A stretch of DNA of 50,980 bases from Akkermansiaceae bacterium. GTDB taxonomy: Bacteria > Verrucomicrobiota > Verrucomicrobiia > Verrucomicrobiales > Akkermansiaceae. The translations under genes and the position numbers were made by a program. Where the stretch lies: assembly GCA_903875675.1 (NCBI GenBank), contig CAIQXC010000287.1, forward strand, positions 1 through 50,980. The letters run 5' to 3'. Below, one piece after another: positions 1 to 8,481 of this stretch. The notes below the pieces were generated by a model. The model worked only from the letters and a program-made list of their open reading frames with translations. It was not told the DNA's origin and searched no databases. Every line of letters starts with the position of its first letter. The first letter of the stretch is position 1.

Positions 1-1
1 C

Positions 2-427
2 GAGGAGGCGTTTGAAAAAGACATCACCGCCTTTGACGGGCTCTACGGCAGCCGCCATTACGCCAACTCATGGCCGGCTAGCGTCGCTAAACCGAGTTTC
101 GGGGTTTTGCTAGATATGATTGGCCACAAGGACTTGACGATTCGTTTGCCCTCGGACACGCCCGACGTTTTGCGTGAGGCTGTGCTGGCGTCGGCGGCCA
201 AGCAAGGGGCTGGCAAGTACTTCGCAGTGGGCCCGATCCCGATCACTGACGATCACACACCGCTGTCGCGTGCCGGGTTTCCGATGGTGGACATCATCGG
301 GGATTTTACCCAGTTTTCTTGGTGGCACACGCCAGCCGATAATTTTCGCAACCTCTCGGCCGATTCCCTCGATATATCCATCCGGGTCACGCTTGATGTG
401 CTAGGCAGGTTGCTGAAACAGCCCTAG
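2..427 (+). CDS. M28 family metallopeptidase / glutaminyl-cyclase-like protein, 5'-truncated by the window edge
   Basis: Frame is open from base 2: EEAF...DGLYGSRHYA...LLDMIG...ITDDHTPL...WWHTPADN, which are the M28 zinc-site motifs (EE, LLDMIG, DDH, WHT.xD). Confidence 0.8.
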   Translation, partial: EEAFEKDITAFDGLYGSRHYANSWPASVAKPSFGVLLDMIGHKDLTIRLPSDTPDVLREAVLASAAKQGAGKYFAVGPIPITDDHTPLSRAGFPMVDIIGDFTQFSWWHTPADNFRNLSADSLDISIRVTLDVLGRLLKQP

Positions 428-435
428 AGTGCTTG

Positions 436-470
436 AAAATCCAAAATCAACAAGCGTCAATCGTCAATCC
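436..470 (+). repeat. Degenerate 7-bp tandem repeat
   Basis: AAAATCC AAAATCA ACAAGCG TCAATCG TCAATCC directly after the M28 stop codon. Confidence 0.5.
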
Positions 471-609
471 ATTCGGTTCTGGAAAACTTGACTCCTACAC
501 AAGCTCTAGGGCACGGCAAGGGGGATGGTTCTGCAATCCCTTTGGGAGAATGAATTGAAATCCGCCGCCTTTCGAGCCACACTGAAGGTGCCGCCGCGTG
601 CTCCCCACC

Positions 610-1839
610 ATGAGCCTGAACACGATCCTTCTCACGCTCGCCACTTTATGCCTGCTGGCTTGGGTGCTGCGCCAGCGTGCCGTCATCCTTCGCTTGCGCC
701 ACTTGCTGCAACGCCAACAGGCTCAGCACTTGCGGGCGCTGGCTGCGGTGCGCAGTGAACGCGACGGGCTGCTTAACGCCTTTCCTGATGCCTTTCTCAT
801 TGCCGACGCCCAGGGGCTGATCCAACATTGCAACCAGGCCGCCGCCGCGTTATTGGGGCCTGCGCCAATCATCGGTCGCACGGTGCTCGAAGTGCTTCGC
901 GATGCGCGGCTCGCCGCTCCCTATCTGGCGTGCCGCAACACCGGCGAGCCAACAGCCGCGCAGGTCCAATTGCCCGCCGAGGCCGCCCCTGCCCGCCATC
1001 AGGACACCGCTGCCGGCGACTCGGTGTGGTTGGTGGATGCCGCTGCGTTGCCTCAGGCCGACGCCGCGCCGCACATCCGCATCTTGTTGCGCGATCTATC
1101 GGCCGCGCATCAGCTTGAGCAAATCCGCAAGGACTTTGTAGCTAACGCATCTCATGAATTGCGCACACCCATCACTTTGGTCGATGGGTATCTGGAGACA
1201 TTTCTAGAGGCACCAGACATGCTGGATGATCGAGTTGGCACGTTGCGCATTCTGGGCATCATGCGCAAGCACACCGGGCGCATCACCCGCATCATTGAGG
1301 ACATGCTGCTCATATCGCGGATTGAGTCGGGCGATGCCTCAACGTTGCGCATGGAGGAGTTTTTGCTCATTGAATGCGTGCGGGACATGATTGACCGGCT
1401 GGAGCCGCTCATCCGGGCGCAAAATGCCACGGTAGCCATTCAGTTGCATGATTCTGCGGTGACCCTCTACGGCGACCGGTTTTATTGGACGCAGATCTTG
1501 TTCAATCTCATTGAGAACGCCCTCAAACAAAACCCCAAGCCCGGCCTGCAGGTGGGCATCCTCAGCGCCGTGTTCGGCGAGGGACTGCGCCTGGCCGTCG
1601 TTGACAACGGCATCGGTATCCCTGCCGCAGATCTGCCGTTCATCTTCAAGCGCTTTTATCGGGTCGAAAAACACCACTCCCAAAACCAGATCAAGGGCAC
1701 CGGGCTGGGCCTCTCCATCGTTAAGCGCGCCATCGAAGCCCACTGCGGCGGTATCACGTGTCAGTCCGCCCCAGGGGTGCGTACCAGCTTTGAAATCACG
1801 TTGCCCCGCCAGCAATCGGAACGCACCAAGAGTTTCTAG
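610..1839 (+). CDS. Sensor histidine kinase, PhoR-like (N-terminal TM helix, PAS, HisKA, HATPase)
   Basis: H-box DFVANASHELRTP, N-box NLIENALK, G1 DNGIGI, FKRFYRV and G2 GTGLGLSIVK. ATG at 610 is preferred over GTG at 598. Confidence 0.9.
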   Translation: MSLNTILLTLATLCLLAWVLRQRAVILRLRHLLQRQQAQHLRALAAVRSERDGLLNAFPDAFLIADAQGLIQHCNQAAAALLGPAPIIGRTVLEVLRDARLAAPYLACRNTGEPTAAQVQLPAEAAPARHQDTAAGDSVWLVDAAALPQADAAPHIRILLRDLSAAHQLEQIRKDFVANASHELRTPITLVDGYLETFLEAPDMLDDRVGTLRILGIMRKHTGRITRIIEDMLLISRIESGDASTLRMEEFLLIECVRDMIDRLEPLIRAQNATVAIQLHDSAVTLYGDRFYWTQILFNLIENALKQNPKPGLQVGILSAVFGEGLRLAVVDNGIGIPAADLPFIFKRFYRVEKHHSQNQIKGTGLGLSIVKRAIEAHCGGITCQSAPGVRTSFEITLPRQQSERTKSF

Positions 1840-1855
1840 GAACCCAGCCGGCGCG

Positions 1856-2170
1856 TCAGTCAAAGCGAAATGCCCGGGTCTTGGTGTGGCGAAGTGGGAA
1901 GCGCCCACCGCCGGCCCGCCGGATGGGATCAAACACGCTGTCCATGCCCACTGCCTTGATTTCAAAAACCTGCTCCATCAATTCGCCGAGGCGGCCTTTG
2001 GGAAACCCGCGTTCCTTGAACCACGCCAGGTACTCCGGTGGCAGGTCGGTGATAGGCACCCCGTTCGGCGGATAGGCCTTGATCCCGAACTTGCCGAAGG
2101 GCATGCGGGTGTTGCCAATTTCCTCTAGCAAATTGCGGAAATCCTCTCGGTCGATCTCTGTGATGTCCAT
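1856..2170 (-). CDS. DUF3820 family protein
   Basis: MPFGKF...DLPPEYLAWF...GFPKGRLGELM signature. ATG at 2170. Confidence 0.8.
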   Translation of the reverse strand: MDITEIDREDFRNLLEEIGNTRMPFGKFGIKAYPPNGVPITDLPPEYLAWFKERGFPKGRLGELMEQVFEIKAVGMDSVFDPIRRAGGGRFPLRHTKTRAFRFD

Positions 2171-2227
2171 CGCAACCGCAGCCAAACACTTCACCGCCCC
2201 AATGGCAATGCGCAATCACATGCGGAA

Positions 2228-2255
2228 CGACCCTTGCCAAGCGACCCTTGCCAAG
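2228..2255. repeat. Perfect 14-bp tandem duplication (CGACCCTTGCCAAG x2)
   Basis: Read directly in the divergent DUF3820/rsgA intergenic region. Confidence 0.85.
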
Positions 2256-2383
2256 TGTCGTGTGAAGAGGTGCTGAGGAAAGTCGCTGAACGGGAGGTCC
2301 GGGGCGGATGCCTATGCGCGGCAGGGCATCGAGGGTGATGTTGATTTCGCTGCGCCCAGGGATGAAGGCTGGGATGTCGCGGG

Positions 2384-2412
2384 TTGACGGCGCGGGCGGA
2401 TCCAGCTAGGAT
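2384..2412 (+). promoter_or_regulatory. Putative sigma70 promoter of rsgA
   Basis: TTGACG-N17-TAGGAT, ending 9 nt before the ATG at 2422. Confidence 0.6.
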
Positions 2413-2421
2413 GCGTCCCAG

Positions 2422-3525
2422 ATGACCCTGCGCAGCTTGGGATGGACCCCTGAATTTGCTCAAGCCTTCGCCGCATACCGCGCCAAAGGCTGGGTGCCCG
2501 CCCGTTTGATCCGCGAGACGCCCATTAATTTCGGGGCATTCCTCGCAGACGGCGAGGAGATCGACGTCATCCTCTGCGGCCGCCTGTGGCACGCTGCGGT
2601 CTGCGATGCGGATTTGCCGGCGGTGGGGGATTGGGTGGCGGTGGAGCTCGGCAACGAGAATCAGGCCCACGTGATCCGGGCGCTGTTGCCGCGGCGTTCC
2701 TGTTTTTCGCGAAAAATGCCCGGCAACAGTTCGCAAGCCCAGGTCATCGGGGCCAACATCGATCTGGTTGCCGTGGTCACCGACGCTGGAGCCGACTTTA
2801 ACCTGCGGCGCATGGAGCGCTATTTCACCCTCATCGGGCTGAGCGGGGCCAAGGCGGTCGTACTCATCAACAAGGCCGACCTCTATCCGCCCGAGCAAAG
2901 CCTCCAGGCCGCCGCTCAAATCTCCGCGCTGTGGGACGCCGCAGCAGTCCACGTCACCAGCGCCCTCAACGGTGAGGGCTTGCGTGCCCTCAAAAAACAC
3001 CTCAAAAAGGGCCTGACGATGTGCATCGTCGGGTCCAGCGGCGTGGGCAAGTCCACCCTCGTCAACCAGCTCTACGGTGAGGATTGGCAATGGACCGACG
3101 AGGTCAATGCCGTCACTGGCAAAGGCCGCCACACCACCACCAGCCGTGAGTTGGTGCCACTGCCCGGCGGCAGCATGCTCATCGATAACCCCGGCATGCG
3201 CGAAATTCAAATGTGGACCGACGAGACGACCTTGCGCGAGAGTTTTGCCGACGTCGAGGCACTCACGGCGCAGTGCCGCTTCGCCGATTGCAGCCACCGC
3301 CAGGATGCCGGATGCGCGTTGCGGGCGGCCGTCGAAGATAGCCGGATCGAAAGCGCCAGGTATGCGAGTTTTCTCAATTTGGAAAATGAAATAGCGGCCT
3401 TGCGCAAGCGGGCTGCCAAGCGCCAGATGGCCACAGAGCGCTGGGCCAAGCGCAATAACCGGGTGCAGGCCCGCAACCTCAACGATCGAATCCAGCTCGA
3501 AAAAGACGCCCGCGGAGACGTTTGA
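2422..3525 (+). CDS. rsgA: Ribosome small subunit-dependent GTPase A
   Basis: Circularly permuted GTPase motifs NKAD, GSSGVGKST, GRHTTT and DNPG, plus the zinc motif CRFADCSH...GC. Confidence 0.95.
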   Translation: MTLRSLGWTPEFAQAFAAYRAKGWVPARLIRETPINFGAFLADGEEIDVILCGRLWHAAVCDADLPAVGDWVAVELGNENQAHVIRALLPRRSCFSRKMPGNSSQAQVIGANIDLVAVVTDAGADFNLRRMERYFTLIGLSGAKAVVLINKADLYPPEQSLQAAAQISALWDAAAVHVTSALNGEGLRALKKHLKKGLTMCIVGSSGVGKSTLVNQLYGEDWQWTDEVNAVTGKGRHTTTSRELVPLPGGSMLIDNPGMREIQMWTDETTLRESFADVEALTAQCRFADCSHRQDAGCALRAAVEDSRIESARYASFLNLENEIAALRKRAAKRQMATERWAKRNNRVQARNLNDRIQLEKDARGDV

Positions 3526-3531
3526 GATGTT

Positions 3532-3583
3532 GTCGTCAGTTATTAGTTCTCAGTGATCATCAGTCATTAGTCATCAGTTATGA
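3532..3583 (+). repeat. Degenerate 7-bp tandem repeat (GTCATCA/GTCATTA-like)
   Basis: GTCGTCA GTTATTA GTTCTCA gtg ATCATCA GTCATTA GTCATCA GTTATGA fills the rsgA-DUF1080 intergenic space. Confidence 0.6.
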
Positions 3584-3600
3584 ATTCAGCCACCAACCTC

Positions 3601-4287
3601 ATGAAATCAGCCATCATCATCGCCACCCTCGCGGGCATCTCCGCCCTCGCTTCCGCCCAACCGCAACCTCAACCGAAGGCCGACGGCCCGGGTTGGTCGC
3701 CGCTGATTGCCACCGATTTTTCCAATACGGAGAGCGCCGCCGGGGTCTGGTCTGTCGCCAATGGCGAGCTCACCGCCAATGCTGACGAGTGCATTTGGTG
3801 CAAGGCGGAGTACCAGAATTTCCTGTTGGATTTGGAGTTTAAGAACGCCGCAGGTACCAACAGTGGCGTCCTTATCTATTGCACCGATACCCCTAACTGG
3901 ATCCCTCATTCCGTTGAAGTCCAGATCTTGGATCAAACCGCGGAGAAATGGGCCAAGACGGATCCAACTTGGCACAGCGGCGGCATCTTCGGCCACCTGG
4001 CCCCTGCCAAGGCCATGACTAAAAAACCCGGCGAGTGGAACCACATGACGATTGAGGCCAAGGGCAAAAGTATCAAAGTTTGGCTCAACGGCGAGCTCAC
4101 GGCCGATATGGACATGGCGCTGTGGACGTCTGCCACGAAAAATCCCAACGGCACCGACATCCCAAGCTGGCTCAGCACCCCCTGCGCCGAATTGCCCACC
4201 AAGGGCCGCATCGGCCTCCAAGGGAAACACGGCGACGCCACCGTCTGGTTCCGCAACGTCCAAATCAAATCCCTCGAAAAGGAATAG
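3601..4287 (+). CDS. Secreted DUF1080 (3-keto-disaccharide hydrolase-like) domain protein
   Basis: Signal peptide, then W.V.NGEL, YQNFLLDLEFK, NSGV, EVQILD, GEWNHMTI, GRIGLQGKHG and WFRNVQIK. Confidence 0.9.
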   Translation: MKSAIIIATLAGISALASAQPQPQPKADGPGWSPLIATDFSNTESAAGVWSVANGELTANADECIWCKAEYQNFLLDLEFKNAAGTNSGVLIYCTDTPNWIPHSVEVQILDQTAEKWAKTDPTWHSGGIFGHLAPAKAMTKKPGEWNHMTIEAKGKSIKVWLNGELTADMDMALWTSATKNPNGTDIPSWLSTPCAELPTKGRIGLQGKHGDATVWFRNVQIKSLEKE

Positions 4288-4308
4288 GCCGTTGCAGTCA
4301 CAGGAGCT

Positions 4309-4383
4309 CCGATTCAGGTTGATACCCGAATTTCAGAAATTCATATCTTTTTCTCTTGCGAGTCCTGAATCGGGTGCTACCGT
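4309..4383 (+). promoter_or_regulatory. Putative promoter/operator of the large operon, with nested inverted repeats
   Basis: TTGCGA (4356-4361)-N16-TACCGT (4378-4383) with an extended TG. 10-bp inverted repeat CCGATTCAGG (4309-4318)/CCTGAATCGG (4364-4373). Palindrome GAATTTC-A-GAAATTC (4328-4342). Confidence 0.5.
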
Positions 4384-4392
4384 CAACATCAA

Positions 4393-6756
4393 GTGACCCT
4401 AGCCTGCCCCAAACCTATGATCTGTAAACGAAAGTCGAATGTGCTTCCATTGGTATTCGGTGGCCTTGCGTGGGTTGGCGTCAGTTTGCCACAAGTTTGG
4501 GCGGCACCTGTGGCCGGGTGGCTTGGGTGGCGCGGGCCCAACCAGAACGGCAGTTCACAGGAGACGGGCCTGCCGGCCAAGGTGGAAGTGGGCGGCAAGA
4601 GTCAATTGTGGTCGAGTGAATTTCCCGGGCAAGGGACGCCGGTGATTGCCGGTGGAAAACTCTACGCGATGGGGTATGTCGGTGAGGGGGCTGACTTGCA
4701 GGAAGGCATCGGCTGCTTTGACGCGGAAACCGGCAAGAAGCAATGGCAGCAACTCTATAACGACTTTTTAAGCGACACCATCTATCTTCGCTACGCCACC
4801 TCCAGCCCGACCATCGACGCCGAAACGGGCCATGTCTATATGCAGGGCACCCAGGGCATTTTGGGATGTTTCAGCGCCACTGGCAAACTGCTATGGCAGC
4901 ACAGCATGATGGAGGAATTTGGACGGCTCACGTTTCCGAACGGGCGCACCGCCTCGCCGGTGATTGACCACGACCTCGTCATCACCCGCGCCGTCACCGC
5001 CAACTGGGGTGCGCAGGGCCCGGCTGCGGACCGGTTCTATGCCTTCGACAAGATCACCGGCGACTTGGTCTGGGACTCGAACCCGGGTGACAAACCGAAG
5101 GACAATTCGTTCTCGCATCCGGTTCTTGGCTGGCTCAACGGCAAGAGGGTTTTCTATGCTGCCTGTGGTGATGGCAGCATCGTTTGCGTCAATGCCCGCA
5201 ACGGCGCGGCACTGTGGCGGGTGCCGGTTTTCAAGGCAGGCATCAACGCCTCGCTGGTGGTCCATAACAACGACAAGATCATCGCGATCTTTGGCACGCC
5301 TTACGAAAAGGGCGAAACCATCGCCATCAAAATTCCTAACGTAGAACCCGCAAAACCCACCGACGGCCCGGTAGTGGTGGACCCGGCAAGCGTGACCCTC
5401 TGGCACAATGAACTCTCAACCTCAACAAGCTCGTTAACTCTCAACGAGGACCGGGTCTATCTGGTGACCGAAACCGGCGAACTCTGCGCCCTCGACGCCA
5501 ATACCGGCAAGACCGCCTGGAAACTCAAGCTCGGCATCGAGCAGCGCAACGCATCACCGTTGTTTGCGGACGGCAAGCTCTATCTATCAATCCTCAACGA
5601 GCCCGGCAACGCCAAGGGTGACGACTCCTCGGACGCCGGCAGCAAGGGGGCGTTCTACATCATTCGCCCCGGGCCAAGCGAAGCCAAAATTCTCAGCCAC
5701 GTGGCCCTCGAAGGTCGCTGTTTCGGAAGTCCCTGCGCCTACAACGGCAAGGTATATGTCCAAACTACCAAAAAACTCTACTGCTTCGGCAGCAAAGGCC
5801 GCAACCGCGGACTCGCAGCTGAACCCGCTGCCGAAAAATGGCCGCAACCCGGCCCTGCCAAGCAACTCCAGATCATCCCGTCCGAAGTGTTTCTCAAACC
5901 CGGCCAATCCCTCGCCTTGAGAGTCCGATCGCTCGACGCCAATGGCTCTACCGTCAATGAAAACGTCGATCCAAAGTCGCTCGCTTGGGAAGCCTTTATT
6001 CCGGCCACTGCCAAAGTGAAATCCATGCTCAAAGCCAACATCGATAACGCAGGAATGCTGGTCGCAACTTCCGATAGCGTCCCTTCGGCCGGGATGTTCC
6101 AAGCGTCGTTAGGCGACTTGCACGGCTTCATGCGCGGCCGGGTCCTGCCCAATCTCCCCCTCAAGAATGACTTCGAGGATTTTAAACTCAGCGAAACCAA
6201 CCCCGCCGAAGATGCGGCCTTTGCCTACCCGCCTCTGCCATGGATCGGCGCCCGATTCAAATTCGAAGTGCGAGAACGCGACGGCAATAAGTCTCTAACC
6301 AAGACAATCGACAATAAATTCTTCCAGCGCGCCCAAGTGTTCATCGGTCATGCCGATATGCAAAATTACACCGTCGAAGCCGACGTCCAAAGCGACGGCA
6401 ACAAGCGAAAAATGTCGGATGTGGGCGTCATCAACCAGCGCTACGCCGTGTTGCTCAAGGGCAACGAGCAAAAACTTGAGGTCAACTCCAACCTCGAACG
6501 CCTCCGCGAAGCCGTTCCCTTCAAGTGGTTACCTAACGAATGGTACCACCTCAAAACTCGCGTCGATGTCGCCGCCGACGGCTCTGGAACCGTGCGTGCC
6601 AAGGCATGGAAACGCGGCGACCCCGAGCCATCCGCCTGGACCATTGAAGTGGCCCATCACAGCGCCCACCGCAATGGCTCTCCCGGCCTGTTCGGCTTCG
6701 CGCCGCAGGACATGCGCGTTTTCATCGACAACATCACCGTTACCCCCAATGATTAA
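4393..6756 (+). CDS. Secreted PQQ-like beta-propeller protein with C-terminal Ig-like and ConA/DUF1080-like beta-sandwich domains
   Basis: Signal peptide, GWLGWRGPNQNG N-terminal motif, and repeated 'cfDAETGKxxW' blades. C-terminus has NYTVEADV...WYHLK...VFIDNITV. Start is GTG 4393 or ATG 4417. Confidence 0.8.
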   Translation: MTLACPKPMICKRKSNVLPLVFGGLAWVGVSLPQVWAAPVAGWLGWRGPNQNGSSQETGLPAKVEVGGKSQLWSSEFPGQGTPVIAGGKLYAMGYVGEGADLQEGIGCFDAETGKKQWQQLYNDFLSDTIYLRYATSSPTIDAETGHVYMQGTQGILGCFSATGKLLWQHSMMEEFGRLTFPNGRTASPVIDHDLVITRAVTANWGAQGPAADRFYAFDKITGDLVWDSNPGDKPKDNSFSHPVLGWLNGKRVFYAACGDGSIVCVNARNGAALWRVPVFKAGINASLVVHNNDKIIAIFGTPYEKGETIAIKIPNVEPAKPTDGPVVVDPASVTLWHNELSTSTSSLTLNEDRVYLVTETGELCALDANTGKTAWKLKLGIEQRNASPLFADGKLYLSILNEPGNAKGDDSSDAGSKGAFYIIRPGPSEAKILSHVALEGRCFGSPCAYNGKVYVQTTKKLYCFGSKGRNRGLAAEPAAEKWPQPGPAKQLQIIPSEVFLKPGQSLALRVRSLDANGSTVNENVDPKSLAWEAFIPATAKVKSMLKANIDNAGMLVATSDSVPSAGMFQASLGDLHGFMRGRVLPNLPLKNDFEDFKLSETNPAEDAAFAYPPLPWIGARFKFEVRERDGNKSLTKTIDNKFFQRAQVFIGHADMQNYTVEADVQSDGNKRKMSDVGVINQRYAVLLKGNEQKLEVNSNLERLREAVPFKWLPNEWYHLKTRVDVAADGSGTVRAKAWKRGDPEPSAWTIEVAHHSAHRNGSPGLFGFAPQDMRVFIDNITVTPND

Positions 6757-8263
6757 TCTGCCGCTGCTATGCTCTGGACTACTTCTAATCGCCTTGGCGC
6801 GTGCCGACGACTGGCCACAATGGGGCCGTACGAACGAGCGCAACATGTATTCGCCGGAAACCGGCCTGCCTAGCAGTTTCGATCCTGGCAAATTCAAACT
6901 TGGCACCGAGGAGGTGGACCTGGCGACGACGAAAAACGTCAAGTGGGTGGCCAAGCTCGGATCGCAGAGTTATGGCAACGTGACGGTGGCTGGCGGACGG
7001 GTGTGCGTCGGCACCAATAATGACGCCCCGCGGGACCCGCAGCACCAGGGCGACCGAGGCGTCCTGATGTGCTTTGATGAAAAGTCCGGCGGCTTCCTCT
7101 GGCAGTTGGTCGTGCCCAAACTCGCTTCCGGCAAGGTCAATGACTGGGAGAGCCTCGGCATCCTCTCCTCACCCACCCAAGACGACAAGCACGTCTATCT
7201 GGTGACGAACCGCTGCGAAGTGGTGGCCCTCACGGCCGATGGTCTCGGAAAAGAAAATGTCGGTCCATTCACCGACGAGGCCAAGTACGTGACCGGACCG
7301 GGCAAGCCACCCGGCAAGGTTGGAGCGAAGGATGCCGACATGGCCTGGCGCTACGACATGATCGACGAGTTGGGGGTTTTCCCACACAATGCGTCCAATT
7401 GCAGTCTGCTGATTTTGGACGACGAAATCATCTCGACAACTTCTAACGGCCAGGACTGGTCACATACGAATATTCCATCGCCCAATGCTCCGTCGCTAAT
7501 TGCGCTCGACAAGAAGACCGGCAAATTTCTCGGCGAAGACGATGCACACATGGGCCCGAAGATCTTTCATGGCATCTGGTGCTCTCCGTCGGCGGGCAAG
7601 GTCAATGGCAAAACCCAGGTTTTCTTCGGCGGCCCGGACGGCTCGCTGTACGGCTTTGATCCGAAGCCCGTGAAGGAGGGCGATGACCTCCACTTGAAGC
7701 GTGTTTGGTGGTGCGACGCCAACCCCGCCGGTTACCGGGCTAACAAATATCCGGCTGCCAAAGGTCCGAGTGAGATTAATGCCACACCGGTGTTTTACAA
7801 CAACCGCGTGTACGTCGCCATCGGCCAGGATCCGGAGCACGGCGAGGGTATCGGCAATCTCATTTGCGTGGACCCGACCAAGACCGGGGATATCACCAAG
7901 ACCGGCATCATTTGGTCATATAACAAGATTCACCGCAGCCTTTCCACCTGTGCGATCACACCCGACGGCCTGTTGTTTGTGGGCGACTTCAGCGGCTTTG
8001 TCCATTGCCTGGATGCCGCAACCGGCAAAGTCCACTGGGTTCACGACATGAAAGCGCATATCTGGGGATCGGCGCTGGTGGCCGACGGCAAGGTGTACAT
8101 CGGCACCGAGGATGGCACGCTGGCGGTGTTTGCCGCAACCAAGGAGAAAAAGAAACTGGCTGACATTGATATGGGTGCGCCAGTGTATGCCACCCCAGTT
8201 GTGGCTAACGGCGTCCTTTACATCCAGACCACAACCCATCTTTACGCAATTAGCAACCCATGA
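6749..8263 (+). CDS. Secreted PQQ-like beta-propeller protein
   Basis: ATG 6749 overlaps the previous stop. Signal peptide, then DDWPQWGRTNERNMYSP and blades such as CFDEKSGGFLW, ALDKKTGK and CLDAATGKVHW. Confidence 0.85.
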   Translation: MINLPLLCSGLLLIALARADDWPQWGRTNERNMYSPETGLPSSFDPGKFKLGTEEVDLATTKNVKWVAKLGSQSYGNVTVAGGRVCVGTNNDAPRDPQHQGDRGVLMCFDEKSGGFLWQLVVPKLASGKVNDWESLGILSSPTQDDKHVYLVTNRCEVVALTADGLGKENVGPFTDEAKYVTGPGKPPGKVGAKDADMAWRYDMIDELGVFPHNASNCSLLILDDEIISTTSNGQDWSHTNIPSPNAPSLIALDKKTGKFLGEDDAHMGPKIFHGIWCSPSAGKVNGKTQVFFGGPDGSLYGFDPKPVKEGDDLHLKRVWWCDANPAGYRANKYPAAKGPSEINATPVFYNNRVYVAIGQDPEHGEGIGNLICVDPTKTGDITKTGIIWSYNKIHRSLSTCAITPDGLLFVGDFSGFVHCLDAATGKVHWVHDMKAHIWGSALVADGKVYIGTEDGTLAVFAATKEKKKLADIDMGAPVYATPVVANGVLYIQTTTHLYAISNP

Positions 8264-8481
8264 AGAAAGTCCTCCTCTGCCTGCTGATTGCAGGAGTGTA
8301 CGTGCTCCACCAGGATTTCTGGAACTGGCGCACAGCCCAGCCACTGGTGTTTGGTTTTCTACCCATTGGATTGGCCTACCATGCCGCCTATTCCATTCTG
8401 GCATCGGCCACGATGGCCATCCTCGTTAGTACGGCGTGGCCAAAACATCTCGAAACCACCGAAGGAGCCGAAACCAAGTGA
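8260..8481 (+). CDS. DUF3311 family small membrane protein (symporter accessory subunit)
   Basis: 73 aa with two TM helices and LHQDFWNW...FGFLPIGLAY. Lies immediately upstream of an SSS gene with 4-bp overlaps on both sides. Confidence 0.8.
   Translation: MKKVLLCLLIAGVYVLHQDFWNWRTAQPLVFGFLPIGLAYHAAYSILASATMAILVSTAWPKHLETTEGAETK

Noticed and set aside
2191-3297. Long antisense ORFs (2191-3297, 9611-10849, 34133-35176 and others)
   Set aside because: They are antisense to well-supported genes, which is expected in high-GC DNA, and they carry no motifs.
6350-6748. 133-aa N-terminal extension of the second propeller ORF
   Set aside because: It overlaps the previous gene in another frame. The signal peptide begins at ATG 6749.
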